A stretch of 64,000 nt of DNA from Paraspadella gotoi (GCA_051294375.1 CM119267.1:15540105-15604104); one strand, 5' to 3'; counted from the first letter of the stretch, positions 42,901 to 56,441 are shown. Notes: generated by a model from the letters alone, not told the origin. Translations and numbers: made by a program.

Positions 42901-44479
42901 GAAAGGGGAAAAAGCATAAGTCAAACTAACGACAAAATCTCTCTGACAAAGTCTCCTTTACTCACAAACCTTCCTCATCCGGTTGTAACTCTGAACGGAA
43001 CTGGCTTAAAAGCTTTTCCAAAGGCATTCGAGCCACATTCGATAATACGTTCAACCTCCCCCGGTGAGGCATGCCGACGACAACACTTTCTATGCCCAAA
43101 ATGGAGGACTTATCAATGATGGCCTTAATAAGAAATGAGGAAAATACCGCTGATCGTATGATATGAATTGAGACCGAGGTGGGTATTCAGATATTTAAAA
43201 TACGAGAAGATGATTATTTTTTTCATCTCGTCACGAACCTTTAAAGCAGGAATCAAGACCTCGCATCCTTCAAGACCGAATCTCTTCTCCGATCGAAACT
43301 TTTTTGCCAAGAAGTTCTCAAACTGCGTGGCTCGAATGAGACGTTCCAAAATTAGTTTTCGCTCTTGGTTCGAGAACGTTTGACAATTGGGAGTCTCAAA
43401 CTTCTTCCGAATCCAGTCCACTTTCGCGTGGTCGTTTATAAAGGCGTATTCGCAGCCAATGTGGCCGCAGTAAACAGAGTCCAATCGGTTAATGATTTCC
43501 TGCAGAGACAACGTCTTTTCATCCCCTCCGATGTACGTAGTAGCCGGAAGTCTTGTTGAACGATGAAAGAAAAAAAAGTCAAAACAGGGGGGGGAAAAAT
43601 TACTTTCAAAGGAGGATAACTACGGTAATTTGTAATACTCAATTTGCAATAATGAGGGGACAGGGCTAACCGAAATTTTCTCTGCAAGTCGCCAACGTTG
43701 AGACCGTAACTCCTATAGCTGAGCTCCTCCAGCGCCTCGTTGTTCAAGTCGGCGCTACTGATGCCGAGCGGGTCGAGGTCGGCCATTTTGTGTCCGCGCA
43801 TTTGGTAGGAGCGGATGATAGCTTGTACGGAAAGATGATCATCCACTTCTCGTTGTGCGACCGGAACTGACGAAGGCAAGGACGGCGCAGTCGTCAAAAT
43901 TGACGTGAGGTTCTCCTCGCCTCGGAAAGGAAAAAAAATGAAGGAGTTTATTAGCGTGAATGGACCAAGTTTTCATTTGTCTTTCCATACCCGAGATCGT
44001 TGGCGGACTAACGTAGGCGGTTCCAGGAGATGCCCCGTTGGCCACCTTTTTAAAGTATACGTCCCAAGATTTGTGTACGCTATTGGGATCTATTCGCCAA
44101 GACTCGTACATCTCTTCGATGTAACTCGTCGAACTCCCGCTGAGAAACGGTTCGGCGGCGACGGCGGCAGCAGCCGCAGCAAAATGTTTTGAGTCGCCTG
44201 AGCCAAAAAGAATAGAGCAAATTATTTTTATATTTCAATCAACTGACGCTAAGGCAGATGCCAACCTGAAATCAGCCTTCTTGAACTGACATCCCTCGGG
44301 GCGCCCTCGTGAATGTCTTTGACTAGAAACGAGCTTATTGTTCGTGTAATAGACGACGATTTAGTCGCACACACTGTTCTCGCAGGACTTAAACACAGCG
44401 CCTCAAAGGAGCGGGGTAAACGCTGGGACAGTGATCGACCCTTACCCCTTCTCACCATACCTCTTGCGAGTCTGTACAT
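39906..44479 (-). CDS. OGDH: 2-oxoglutarate dehydrogenase E1, mitochondrial (multi-exon)
   Basis: [79 protein letters not shown] and [12 protein letters not shown]. Confidence 0.97.
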
Positions 44480-45050
44480 CTTGTAAAATGAGGTTTTTAC
44501 GATTGGGACAAAGGGACATGCGTATACAGATATACACAAAAGCAACAAATTCAGGTCCGATCATACATCTGTACAAAAAAAAACAAAAAACCAGGGAATA
44601 AACACAAAAACAGTAAAAGGCTTTTAAAGTAACAAGGCTAGGTTTTGTCGACATTTAGTTTTTAACACTTTAACACTTAAAATTAAAAAAGAAAATATAA
44701 CCAACAACATATATATATGTATATAAAATAAACGAATTCTAAACTTGCCAGATGAAAATGTACAAAGCGAATAAAAACGGAAAATGTCCCTAACATACAT
44801 GTATGTTTGTATATGATCGCGGTTCCCAAAAGCTTGTATATTCTGGAAATTATCTTGAATAAATTTACTAGATGGCTTTTAAATCTTAGGTTCCCCTTAA
44901 AAAGTTCAACCCGACGCAAATACCGCCAATACAATATGGCGTGAGAAGCGGAAAGGAGGAAATAACTCTAAAGGAGTTGGTCTTTATTTTTGACCACTAA
45001 TCAGTTCTACTTTTTCACTTCACCATACTCAAAAATTTATAGGAAAACAA

Positions 45051-46979
45051 TCACTGCAACCTAGGTGTAGATAATTCGTTGTCCTTCTTAGACTCCGGTG
45101 CGGGCAGACCCCGAGTGGAAGAGGTGACCGAGGGCCAAAGGAAAGGGCTGCATCCCGAGTTTCCGAGAAGGTCATCCAGAGCAATGGGCGTTCTCGGGTC
45201 GGTGGTAATGGGCCCATCAGGCATAAAAAGATTAAGAAGATCGGAGGGATCCATGTTGAGATCCGGTGATTGGGCGACGAGCATGTCCTTGATTGAGTCC
45301 AGTCCGGCGTCGACGTTATCAATCTGTTTGCTGAGAGAGCGTGCCAACCCGCGCGGGGATGGGGATTCCGCGGGACGCTGGTTCTGCTTGGCATCCTCGA
45401 CGTCTTCATCGTCGGCTACGCCGGACAAAAGAACGGCGGCGCCAAGAGGATCAGTTCTGCCAACAATCGAACGCGAATCCAGTTTGTCCGCCTCCTTGCG
45501 CTGGTCCAGCATGACCGGAAATTGTGAGATGAAATCGGTGAGCGTAGGAGTGTCGATGATTTCAGGAGTCTCTCCAGTCTCGGCGGCCTTGGAGACTCCG
45601 ACAGTGTGGGGCTCAGGCATTGACGTCTTCAAGAGCGGGAGATTTTTGGAGGCCGGGTGTCGGCCGGACCCGACGCTCGTCTTGAGGTTTTCGAGTCCCG
45701 GTTTCACCGAGTGATTCGCCGGAGATTTTTGGGATTTGGACGAAGAGGCGGGACTGGGCACAGAATGGATGCTCATTGCCGGCGACGGGGCCGCTCTAGG
45801 CTCGGCAGGGGAATCGGCGGGAGTGATAATCGGCATTGACTCTTCGGGCTTCGATCTTAACCCCGAATTGACGACGTAAGCGACGGCGTTGGGGTTGACC
45901 ATAGGTATCGTCGCGGGCGCGATCGCCACTTGAGGCACAGTTGGCCCTGTAGATACGCCGGCAGTTTGCATTAGAAGCACAGTGGAGCCATCTTCCGCCA
46001 ATGCCGTCGCGAAAGTAGGATGCGCGGATGCATGATGCATAGTGACAGGAGGTGGAACGGTAGGAGCGAGTCCACTGCCGAGCGTGGCTTTGGACGTCGA
46101 CGCGCCAGCTTGACCGTTAGAGGCGACAGAAGCCTCGTAAACCTCTAATGGGATTTCCCGGATTATGGGTCCTGTTTGCACCTCGGGCGAATCAAAAACG
46201 TCCTCAATGACTTCCAACGCCTTGTCGATGCTCGCGCTGGTTGTCGTCCCTTCAGTCGCGGCTCGTTTCGGCGCCTGGTCGATCATCAGAGCAGGCAACT
46301 TTCGTTTGCCGAGAGATATCGAGCCCCTCGGCCGACTAGTCGAACCGGAGACATTCGGCATGACAGAATGAACTATGAACTGAAGCAACTTGTGCGTTAC
46401 TTGTTGTTGCTTCAAGTGCTTTTGTCGCTGAGCCGCGAGTTCTTGCCAAAGAGTTCCGTTTTCTCTCTTTATGTGCAGCAATTGTTCATTGACGACGTCC
46501 TGTGTGGCTTGCAGCATTTTCAAACTCATCTCGAGGTTCTCTACCTTTTCCTCCATGTTGGCGCGCTCAATTAGAGCGTCCTGCTGCATTACGGCTACAG
46601 AGTTGTTAGAGTTGGGCTGAGCTACTTTGCGCTTGATTAGAGGCAGCATCTCGGGATGACCACGGACGAAAAAGTGATGCTGAAACTCCATATCCTCCCG
46701 GTCGACTTTAAGTCCACCCTGTTCGATGTTCAACACCTTGCGAAAGCCGTACATGTTGAGTTGACGGACGAAGGAAGAGAGATTGGAGTGCTTAAAGAAT
46801 AGCGGAAGAATTTCTTTCGCGAAGCGGGCGTGGTCGAAGAGGTGGAAGCTTCGACCGTCCACGCCCCAATTGATCAACTCGTTCGTTGCCTCGTCATCCA
46901 CCAGCGCCCACAACTTGGCGACGAAGGCTGGAACGCTGCCCGAGCCAGAGAAGTTTGGGTCAGGATCTGCCGACGTCAT
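45051..46979 (-). CDS. HSF1: Heat shock transcription factor, single long exon
   Basis: VPAFVAKLW..FKHSNLSSFVRQLNMYGFRK DNA-binding domain, HR-A/B RENGTLWQELAAQRQKH and an HR-C-like segment. Confidence 0.93.
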   Translation of the reverse strand: MTSADPDPNFSGSGSVPAFVAKLWALVDDEATNELINWGVDGRSFHLFDHARFAKEILPLFFKHSNLSSFVRQLNMYGFRKVLNIEQGGLKVDREDMEFQHHFFVRGHPEMLPLIKRKVAQPNSNNSVAVMQQDALIERANMEEKVENLEMSLKMLQATQDVVNEQLLHIKRENGTLWQELAAQRQKHLKQQQVTHKLLQFIVHSVMPNVSGSTSRPRGSISLGKRKLPALMIDQAPKRAATEGTTTSASIDKALEVIEDVFDSPEVQTGPIIREIPLEVYEASVASNGQAGASTSKATLGSGLAPTVPPPVTMHHASAHPTFATALAEDGSTVLLMQTAGVSTGPTVPQVAIAPATIPMVNPNAVAYVVNSGLRSKPEESMPIITPADSPAEPRAAPSPAMSIHSVPSPASSSKSQKSPANHSVKPGLENLKTSVGSGRHPASKNLPLLKTSMPEPHTVGVSKAAETGETPEIIDTPTLTDFISQFPVMLDQRKEADKLDSRSIVGRTDPLGAAVLLSGVADDEDVEDAKQNQRPAESPSPRGLARSLSKQIDNVDAGLDSIKDMLVAQSPDLNMDPSDLLNLFMPDGPITTDPRTPIALDDLLGNSGCSPFLWPSVTSSTRGLPAPESKKDNELSTPRLQ

Positions 46980-47198
46980 CGCTATAAAAAGCGACGCGAT
47001 GCGACGCGACGCGACGCGATCTCTTCACTTGGTTATTTTTTGGGTTGTATTTATTTTTCCAAAAACTGTCGTAATAAATAATAAACAAATCATTAACGAA
47101 CTAAAAAAAATAAATTACTTTAGTCTTATTTTACAAACGAAATGGGCAAAATAATAAAAATCTCTTCGAAACTTATGAGTACGACATAAGGTACAGAT

Positions 47199-49398
47199 TC
47201 ACTCCACGGAAAGATCCTCGAGATATTCGCCGGATTTAATCTTGTTGGGAGACATTTGCGACACGGCGCGCGCGAGATCGTCGTTGGAAATGGGTCGAAG
47301 ACTTTCCGCATTAACGGCTTCGCTGTTATCGGTAATCGAATTCCACCGCCAATCGCCGGCCCCGCCGCTTGAACGAAGAAATTCCCGGACCCGATACACC
47401 GCCGCGTTGCGACAAAGTTCCTGGAAAAGAAACATTTGAAAAAAGTTGAAGGCGAAGCCGAAGGAAACAAAAAAAAATCAATAATAACAAAAGGACGACC
47501 CCTCAAAATCTTCAATTTCGCCATCGAATTCGAAATCTTCAATTTCGCCATTTTAAAATTACCTTGAGGTCGGACCCTGAAAACCGGTCAGTCAACTTTG
47601 CCAGGGATTTGAGATCGACGTTATCATCGACATCTTCGTCTTCCAGAATAATCTTGAGAATGGAGAGACGTTGGTTGGCATTCGGCATTCCAATATAAAA
47701 CTTCAATGGCATGCGACGCATTATAGCCTCATCGAGGTCGGAAGGTCGATTTGTAGCACCTTTGGATAAATATGAAATTAAAAATTAAACGAATACCCAT
47801 GTAAAACGCATAAACTTGAACTGGTAAATTCAAGGTGTAAGTGGAACAGACTGATGGAGAAACAGACAGACCGTTAGACCGAAAAGTGACATATTTATAA
47901 AGTTGATTCGCGAGTACTCGCGGCGCAACTAAAAAGATAAATAAACGTTAATAGTGCCCAAAATAGTCCGTACCCATAATTATTACTCTACAGGAAAAAG
48001 TGTCAGTAGAGAGGCCATCCCAATGACTCATGAACTGCGTCTTCATCATCGCCGTGGCTTCGTGATCGGTAGCGTTTCGTCCTCGAAGTATGGAATCCAT
48101 CTCGTCGATGAAAATTATGGTTGGCTGAATCTATGAATTGAAAAAATCAATAAGTGTCATCAGTAAATTGATTTAGGGCTTAATTTAAATATAAAAACAA
48201 CCTAATGAGAAACAATTCTTAATTATCAAGTCAGAACTGATTACAATAATAAACATCAAACCATACGAAAATTGATGAAGCGAACTGAGAAAAAACAAAT
48301 AAATCGACACACCTTTAATGCTAAGCTAAACAAAGCTTCGACTCGTTTTTGGGATTCCCCGTACCATTTGTCCAACAAGGAAGACAAATTTATATTGAGA
48401 AAACGAGCACCTGAAAAAAAAAATACAAAAACAAAACTGAACTTGCACAAATTTGATGATTGATGAAACTCACCGGCTTCTTTGGCAGTCGCCTTCGCAA
48501 TCATGGTCTTGCCACACCCTGGTGGTCCATAAAGGAGCACCCCTTTTGGAGGCTGATGAGGTAAAATAAGAAAAACCCGCTCATGACATGTAACAAATGT
48601 TTAAAGTTTGTTCAGTGAACAATGTACAATGTACATTGTACATATTAGATATCTGAGTTCGTAGTGTAAACTGATGATAAAGGAGAGAAAATATGAGCGC
48701 TTTACCTGAAGCAACTTTGACTTTTTGAAAAGTCGCTCGTTTTTCAAGGGCAGAATGACGGTTTCTCCCAACTCTTCGATGACTTCGTCGAGGCCACCGA
48801 CGTCTTCGAAGCCAACTCGGATCGAGGATGGGTTGACGAGGTTTGACGCCAGGGCCAATTCCAGCTCGTTTAATTTGACGTCCTGTAACATAGATCGTAA
48901 TGGAATAAACGTTTTATTAAAAAGAAAACAATGAATGAAAGACGATAATTTGATACAGTAGGGACTTACCTTGATACCGATCTGATTCAAGAGTCTATCG
49001 GCCCGGTTCTGAGCCTCTTCTTTTTCTTTAGAGGTAGGATCCATGGCATCGACGGCCCATTGGAGGAGCCGCTTGGCGATCCACATGGTTAAACCCAAGA
49101 AGAGCATGTTGTGAACGAGACGAATCCCAAAATCCTTAAGCAGTTCCTTAGTTTCGGACAAATCCTCTTGTACAGGAACAAGGGCGTTGTTGGCTGTGAC
49201 GGCGTGAAGAGGGGGAGCGGGAAGCGGCGGCAAATCTGGTGGTCGACCGACTGTGATTGTCATATCGGAACCGGAAGGTCGGACGCTCGGATCCACGACA
49301 CCCGCAGCGGTTCCGGCCACAGTCGTGGAACTTCCGCGCAAGAGCCATGAAGCTAAAGCTTTTTTAAAGCCGGAGATAAAGTCTAGAGCGGCTTGCAT
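47199..49398 (-). CDS. ATAD1: AAA ATPase ATAD1/Msp1 (multi-exon)
   Basis: TM segment followed by [61 protein letters not shown] and FSGSDLKELCR. Confidence 0.95.
47800..47934. mobile_element. Helentron/HINE-like terminal fragment in an ATAD1 intron
   Basis: (ACAG)n-like tract, palindrome CGCGAGTACTCGCG and terminal GCAACTAAAA. Same family as 3671-3700. Confidence 0.5.
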
Positions 49399-49536
49399 GG
49401 CTCGTGACGGGGGAGTTTCAAAACGTAAAGCTTAATGCTAATGATAACTTTTATGAAAATAATGCAAACAAATATTTAAAAAAATTGTTACCATGTAAAT
49501 AGCTAGAAAATTACGACAATTGCAAAATCATTCGTC

Positions 49537-51152
49537 TCATAATTTGCGTGGAATAGTGAACGTCTTAAAATCCTCAGCCAATTCGATCTTGAGCAATTTT
49601 TCGTCAACGCACTGTCGAGCATCCAACAATAATCGTTCAACGGTTTCACTTTCGGACACGTCCTTGTCCTGACCGTCAACGTCATTCTCCAGAGGTCGAT
49701 ACCGCTGACTGAAATGGGTTAGAATCAAGAATTTGGTTCTGACGTCGAGAGCGAATTTAGCGGCCATCGCGGGCGTAGAATGACCGTGATCTACGGCTTG
49801 GTCTTGGAGGGCGTTCTCCAAAGTGGCCTCGTGAACCACGACGTCGGCATCGCAGGCAAAAGGCGCTAGAAGGCGATTGTCGCTGGTATCGCCTAGCACG
49901 ACTAACTTCGTGCCTTGAAAGAAATAAAATGTTAAAAAACAAAAAACACAATTCAACACTATCATTATGCATTCCCAATCCTTCCTTTACCTTTCCTTCT
50001 CGGCCCGAGAGCCTCGGCCGGAGTAATCAGCGAGCCGTCGGGACATGCGACAGTTTCTCCAGATTTTAGGAGGCCATAGATGGGTCCCGGATTTAACCCC
50101 CTGGCCTTAAGCAAGTTAGTGTCCAAACGGCCAGGTTGTTCGGCTTCTTGCACCACGAAGCCGAGAGAAAAGATACGGTGGCGAAGAGGAGAAGCTGTGA
50201 CGCGTGGAAATTTTGACCCAGGCGTTAAGAGCACAGAAGTATCAGTCTGGAAGAATTAAAGATTAAAAGAAAGCCGCTGAATAAACAATAATGGGAGCTA
50301 GAAATCACCACCTCGATCTAAAATTAAGAAAAGTTTCAATGTAAACAACTTTTACCGAAAAACTAAAAATCCGACCTCTCTCCTCATTAGGAAGTAGAGG
50401 GATCTCCAATCCGAGAACGGGTTGGACGCATTTCAGGAGGGGATCAATTTCTCTCGTTACGTCGCCCGATGGAAACCCTTCCTCCCCCCGATCGAATGAT
50501 TCGAAGCGCTCTTTACAGTCGTCGAGAATCTCATGAACGACGTACGGGAACATCAACGCCGACCCAGAGATCGCCAAGTTCGTGGCCAAGTAGTTGCGTA
50601 GACCTTTTTAGGATCCGGAAGCGCCGATTATCAACGGATTTCTACGTATTCGCTGATCTGTTAGGGATCTCCTCGTCGACCCACCTCGCCACGTTTGTCT
50701 TTATTTCGGCTATGCCGGATAGATTTCGTGGCAAGAGGGGCGGAAAAGTCAGCATTTCACTTGAAATTAAGGATTTACCCCGAGGACCGAATAGTTCTAA
50801 GGGGGTCCTGGCGCTTCCTTTTTCAACTTCTTCCCGCTTTTGTTGGGAGAGAGTGCAGAGAAACCCAGGAAGACCAAAAAGGTGATCACCGTGAAGATGA
50901 GTGATAAATATTTTGGTCACTCTCGCAGCCTGAAAATGAGATAAATTCATATTTGCTTAATTTTGGATAAATCGTAAAACTATCTCCATCTTACACTACC
51001 TTTAGCGGGCTTTTCATCAGCTGCGTTTGACTCCCCTCTCCGCAGTCAAAAAGCCAAACGTCGCCGGAATCGCGATACCGGACGCCAAGACAAGAGACGC
51101 CGCGAGATGGCGTCGGGTTGCATGACGCAGTCCCAAGGAATATCAACTCCAT
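49537..51152 (-). CDS. ELAC1: Short-form RNase Z (multi-exon)
   Basis: [68 protein letters not shown] and LTHFSQRY. Confidence 0.93.
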
Positions 51153-51342
51153 GAATTTTTTCAAAAAATAGAGGCTCAAGGCATGGATTGTATTAGTTTC
51201 ATGAGCTAAAATAAAACAAAACCGTGAGCGCTTTTCGAATTTTTTCGAATGATCGAGTTATTAGAAAAACAAATCGACAAAAAAGCGCCCGGATGGTAAA
51301 ACAGCAACTTGAAAACGTTTTTATCACAGAAAACATTATCGC

Positions 51343-52692
51343 TCATCGTCTTTGTTTCGAGATCTTCTTCGCTTCCCTTTTTTTCTTGCTCACTTTCTCC
51401 AAGTGACGCCGAATCTCCTGTTCTTCCTCCTTGTCCAATTCTTCTTCCCTGCCACGAGCAGTCGTCTCCAGGGATTCCGTCTCGCTGTTCTTGATGGTTG
51501 CGCGCTGCAGGGCGGCGATCTGTCGCAAGAGGCGCTCGTTACGCTGTCGCACGGATAACTCGGAGGAGGAGTCGACGTCCCCTCCCTCTTCGGCGACGGC
51601 TTCGTTGTCTCGTTCCTGCAACATGACAGAATGACGCTTGGTTTTTCCACGCAGCAGAGCGGCCTTAAAAAGACGGAGGTAGAGGCGGATGGCAGTAACA
51701 GAGTCGTCGTTTCCGGGGATCGGAAATGTAATCTAGAAGAAAAAGGTACAAATCTTACAATATACAAACAATATTTAAGAGGGATACCTCTGGCATACCA
51801 GTCTGGGGTCGGCGTCTGAATCGCAAATACCAACAGAGGGTATGAGCATCTTGGCCGCGTGCTTCACGGCCGTGTGCTCCTCGAACACAGTTGTTTTGGT
51901 CGACAAGAAAATGCACAGATCGGGATGTCGAATCACATCACCAAAAAAACTGGTTGAGTTGGTCAGAGTCCCGATGTACCATTCTACGAGGGAAAAAAAT
52001 AAATGCAAAACGCCGTCAAAACGATGTTAATTCAGTTGTTACGCACCCTTTGTGTGGGCGTACTCCCCACATTCGATAGCGGTCTTCTCCACTAGATGGG
52101 TCGTCTCCCGATGATTAGTGATGAATAAGACTATACCGCCACGAAATGCAATGTGGGCGATAAAATTGAGAGCGTCTCTAAGAAGAACGACTGCAAAAAT
52201 AGTGCAAGAACGTGTTAAATCCGTACTAAGAACGGATTTGGGCTTTAAAAAGGACGTACCGGTGTGGTTCAGGTCAAAAATGCAAGTTTCGAATCTGTGT
52301 CCCAAGAGGTATTCGACCATGGGATCATAACCCATTCCCCGCTTGTGTCCGTAATGCACGCCCGCTTCAAAAAGCTCTTTCAAGTCCACCAATCGATAAA
52401 CGTCGAAATAATCGTCGTCTCGAAGCGAAGCCACCAAAGCTTCTTTCGACGGTTCACGTATCAAAGGTTGAGGTAATGGAGTCGACGCGTTCGACGAAGA
52501 GGTAACTGGTGTCAAAGGCGATAAAGATGAGGAATCGTCTCGTATCTCGACCGCAAACTGACAAGAAGAAGGCGAGAAGAAGCGAGGAACAGCGGAGGTG
52601 GCAATGCGAAGATCCTTCGAAAAAACCTGGGCCTCTCGACACGAGCGAGATAAACAGGCGCCAAGAGTTCGAGAAAATGTTCGTAAAGCCAT
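51343..52692 (-). CDS. MRPS2: Mitochondrial ribosomal protein S2 (multi-exon)
   Basis: Presequence, LFEAGVHYGH, ALNFIAHIAFRGGIVLF, GICDSDADPRL|ITFPIPGNDDS. Confidence 0.92.
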
Positions 52693-52754
52693 AATTTGAG
52701 AACTAAAAAACATTATTGGATTCAATGAGATAGGGATACAGGGAAAACAAAAAA

Positions 52755-55497
52755 CTAAATGAGCCCTTTAGACTCGTTTTTCCCACGCGCATCCTGAAGG
52801 CGAAGAAAAGTTTCCTTATCTAAAGACTTCATTCCCGAAACGATGGCATCGACCTTCGCTTCTGCTTCTTCCTTTAACTGTTCCAAACGGAATAATCCGT
52901 CAACGTGCATGAGCATCCGGTTGAAATCAACGAGCCGCTTTGACGCCATCGCCCACTCCGCCGCTTTTGATTCTTTTTTAGCCTTTCGCCGCAAAAATTC
53001 TGCGGCGTCAAAACCGAGATACTCGACGCAGACGGCGTCGCTGATGCGGACGGCAAAAGTCGAGGCGCCATCGCAGATTTTCACGTCGATGTGAAATCCG
53101 GTGACCGGATCCGAACGAAACTTACCCAAAAAAGTTACTATGAAGCATTTGCACCAAAAAGGGGTAGAGTCTGAAGCACGGGCGCGAAATTCCGCGAGAT
53201 AGCTGAAGGGTCTCGCCCGAGATTCGTCACTGAGGCATTTCGTGATAGGCGACGAAACGTTCAAGTCGTCATTACGAAGATCGAACGCGTTTAAAGATAA
53301 GGGCGTTGTCGTTTCGACCATCGACTTTTCCTCCAACTTCGACCTTTTATACGCTTCAGATTTTCGACAATCTTCCGACTTGCGTTTTTCGGCGACCGAC
53401 GGCGGCCGCCCCGAGACACTGGAAAAAACGATGGCTTCGTCGTCGCCCAAGGAGAGATCGTGTTGAAAAGCGGAGGGAGGGCGATTTGGCGACCAGGGAC
53501 GCGATCTTTCTGACGCAGGATCCACTGGATCCAATTTAATGGCATTTGACGATTCCGCGCTGGGACTTTTTTTTGAAGTTGATGATTTAGCAGCGATGGC
53601 CCCCGCGGCCGCGATCAAGGCACCCCTCGAAGAACCCAACGTCGATAGTTTTACTGGCGAAGTGGAGACTTTAATTTGTCCAGTTCTGCTGATGTCCAAC
53701 TCACCTGAAAAATTATGTAGTCTCATCGAAGTTGAGACAACTTGTTGAGTGTTAGGATGAAAGCTAAGAGTTGTCTCAATACGCGGCAAAGGTTCCTGGT
53801 CGGAAATGTCGACCGCACCGGGATCTTCCTCCTGTTTTTCGATGGCTTCTATTTTCCGGAAAAAATCATCGTCGGGTGGGAGATCGTCGCCAAAGTCGTC
53901 GTCGTTTAAATCGTCTCCTGATGACGCGCTTTGAGACACCCCAAACATTTCATTGAGTACGGCACGGTGTTGCGTGGGAGTCGGGGGAGTTATAGGCATA
54001 CGCCTCGCGGTACGTACGGAAGGGGATTCCACGGCCTCGATTTTCACAGTCGATTCTCTTTTAATGGCTTTTCGATTGGGGATGACTGGAGTATGTCGGG
54101 GTTCATCCCTGCTTTGGCTCGTGGACTGCCTTGGCTCCAAACGTTCGTCTGGAGCGTCTGTACCCACGTTTAAAAAATCTCCTAGAGGCTCCCTTTTCTC
54201 GCGCCGATCTTCAGTCGTCGTTCCCCGAAGATTGGGAAAACGCTTGCGAAGTTCGTCGGGACGCAATTTTATTCTTTTGGCGAGTACATCGATTAAAGTT
54301 TTGTCCTCCGCAGTTGAGTCAAGGTCTCCTCCGAGGACCTGAAGGTTGCTGTCGGTAAGGAAAAGAGTGCCTCCGCGGACAATGGGAACGGGACCGACCA
54401 GATAAAGCTTCGTTCCAGGAGGCATCTAGGAAAACGTTTATATAAACATTTAACTACGACCTACGCGCCTGACGTAAAATGAAAGATTAACCTTATCATG
54501 CAGTTTGCTCAGCGGTTTCCATTCCATGCCAAAAACGGAGTGTACTCCGTCGTGAAGCTCAAACTTCATCATACGTTTCTTTTTCGGCTCCCATGCAGCC
54601 TGGAATCTTTCCGGGAAGGCAGATACTTCGGAGTTTTCATTTTCTGAACCCGATGCCTGCGTTTCCAGTAAAGAAAATTAGAGATCAAGCTACTTTTTTA
54701 ACCGGGTGGCGTTTCGACCTTCAACAACTGTCCGTAGGCAGGCGCAGCTACATCTACAATCCACTCCAGTTGAACCGCGTATTTTCCATCATCCAATTGC
54801 ATTCGCCTCCCAGGATCACGTTCCTAAAAACACATAGGTTAAATGATGTGTTTGCAAATTAAGCCGTCAATCAGCAATACAGTACTTCTTGCAAAGTTAA
54901 AGAAGGTGGTAATGATGAGGCTCCAATCTCTTTCAAGTCAGCATGCAGCCATTGTTGATAAACTTCATCCTTAATCTCTTGAACCTATGATTTCAAACGA
55001 TAACTTTTCATGGGACGAAGGGAAAGGTATAGTCTATACTGTGGCGGTATATTCAGTCCGCCTTACATCCACCATCGTTCAGCCAATCCCAAGTGTTGCA
55101 TTCCATCTACAGTCCTAACGACTTCCCTCTGCGTTGGCAAAGCGAGACCGTCCTAGGGAACAGCGTCAGTGAAAGGAGTTGTCACTGAGGGTCGTAAGCC
55201 CTCAAAGCCAACAATGAGATGCTCCATCCCAATGGGCATCACAGGCGACCCGGCTGTAGCCATAATACTATAGATCTTTTTTTCTCACTTTTTGGTACGG
55301 TAAAGAATCTATCCTCTCTTGCAAGTTCTGTTCTTCAACGACGAATTCCGTGCACGCCAAAACCCAATCGGCTGAAACGAAATAACTTATAACATTTGTT
55401 CGGCAAAAAAACTATAATAAATAAACTTACCGGAAACAAAGATATGTTTTTGACGTAACCAGCTTTCAACGCTATGCCTTAGAGTCTGCATAGTCAT
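52755..55497 (-). CDS. RMI1: RecQ-mediated genome instability protein 1 (multi-exon)
   Basis: VYQQWLHADLKEIG, KRMMKFELHDG..GME, PPGTKLYLVGPV..GTLFL..VLGG and a C-terminal OB fold (PFSYL..DVKICDGAS). Confidence 0.88.
55109..55257 (-). ncRNA. Candidate intronic structured RNA, copy A (unassigned family)
   Basis: GC-rich island in RMI1 intron 54985-55288, homologous to 29834-29986. Hairpins GAGGG/CCCUC, CAGUGA/UCACUG and GCUGUUC/GGACGGU, and stem UGUUGGC/GCCAACG. Confidence 0.6.
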
Positions 55498-56441
55498 AAA
55501 TAATAGTGAAATCCATCAGTGGGCAAATGTGGCCTTTTCTGAACCATTTAGAGGATACAAGGTACAAGGTAAAAATGGAAGACAAAACAAAATCTCAGCT
55601 GGTTCGATCGAAGTCGAAAATACAATATTTTTCTTTTAAAAAAAGTATTAAGGAATATCAGGGCGGATTAAGGAAAGATATTTAGGCATCACTCACGTTC
55701 ACAAACTCGTAACAAATACAGATGGCCCTTAAACGTTACGATTTAGGATTTAAAAAATATCACAACATCCAGAGTTAATATTTTTTAAAAGAGGAGGTTA
55801 TTAAATATTCAAATATTAAAAAATACATTTAGTACCGTAAGCCATACTCTTAAAAATTAAAAAAAAATGTTTATTATGGTTTGCAACCTGCTTTTGTATT
55901 CGTGCGTTAGTTTGAATTTATTAGGTTGTAAAACCTACTTTATACTTATTCTTATAATATATATAACGAAATTTAAGTTGCGCGATGTCAACTTGGCGCA
56001 AATAATACATTGAAAAACATGCATACAACCTAGTCAACGTCAAATGCAATAACGTTAATATTTGGCTTGCAAATTGCAATACACATATTAAGAATAGAAT
56101 TTCTTAAATTGATCAAATGATCATTACAATCATCTGGGATTTTGATTGTCAGTGGCTGTAGGCTTTCGTAATATCCCATTTTTTTTTGTTTCATCATGAG
56201 AAATATTTATGATGCGCTCTCTTTACTTTCGCCCAATTAGTGCTTTAAAATTATTCTCATTAGGATTTTGTATAACTAGAACCTTAGTTTATTTTTTTTT
56301 AAGGGGTAATTTAAATTTCTTTTTAAGTCTTATGGCTCTTGAGTCTTTACTCGTCCGTTTCGTCATCAACGCGAATCATAAATAACAGCGCATACCTGAA
56401 TTGGAAATTTCGCAATTTAACAGCCTACAGCAGACCCAGCG

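Noticed and set aside
51735-51800. U12-type intron in MRPS2 (GTATCCC)
   Set aside because: The frame requires the upstream GTATGC donor, and there is no TCCTTAAC branch site.
55020-55260. Assignment of the intronic RNA to U3, U17, U19, RNase P/MRP, 7SL, telomerase RNA, or twister/HDV ribozymes
   Set aside because: Only short scattered resemblances. The diagnostic boxes, template or catalytic cores are absent or not shared by both copies.
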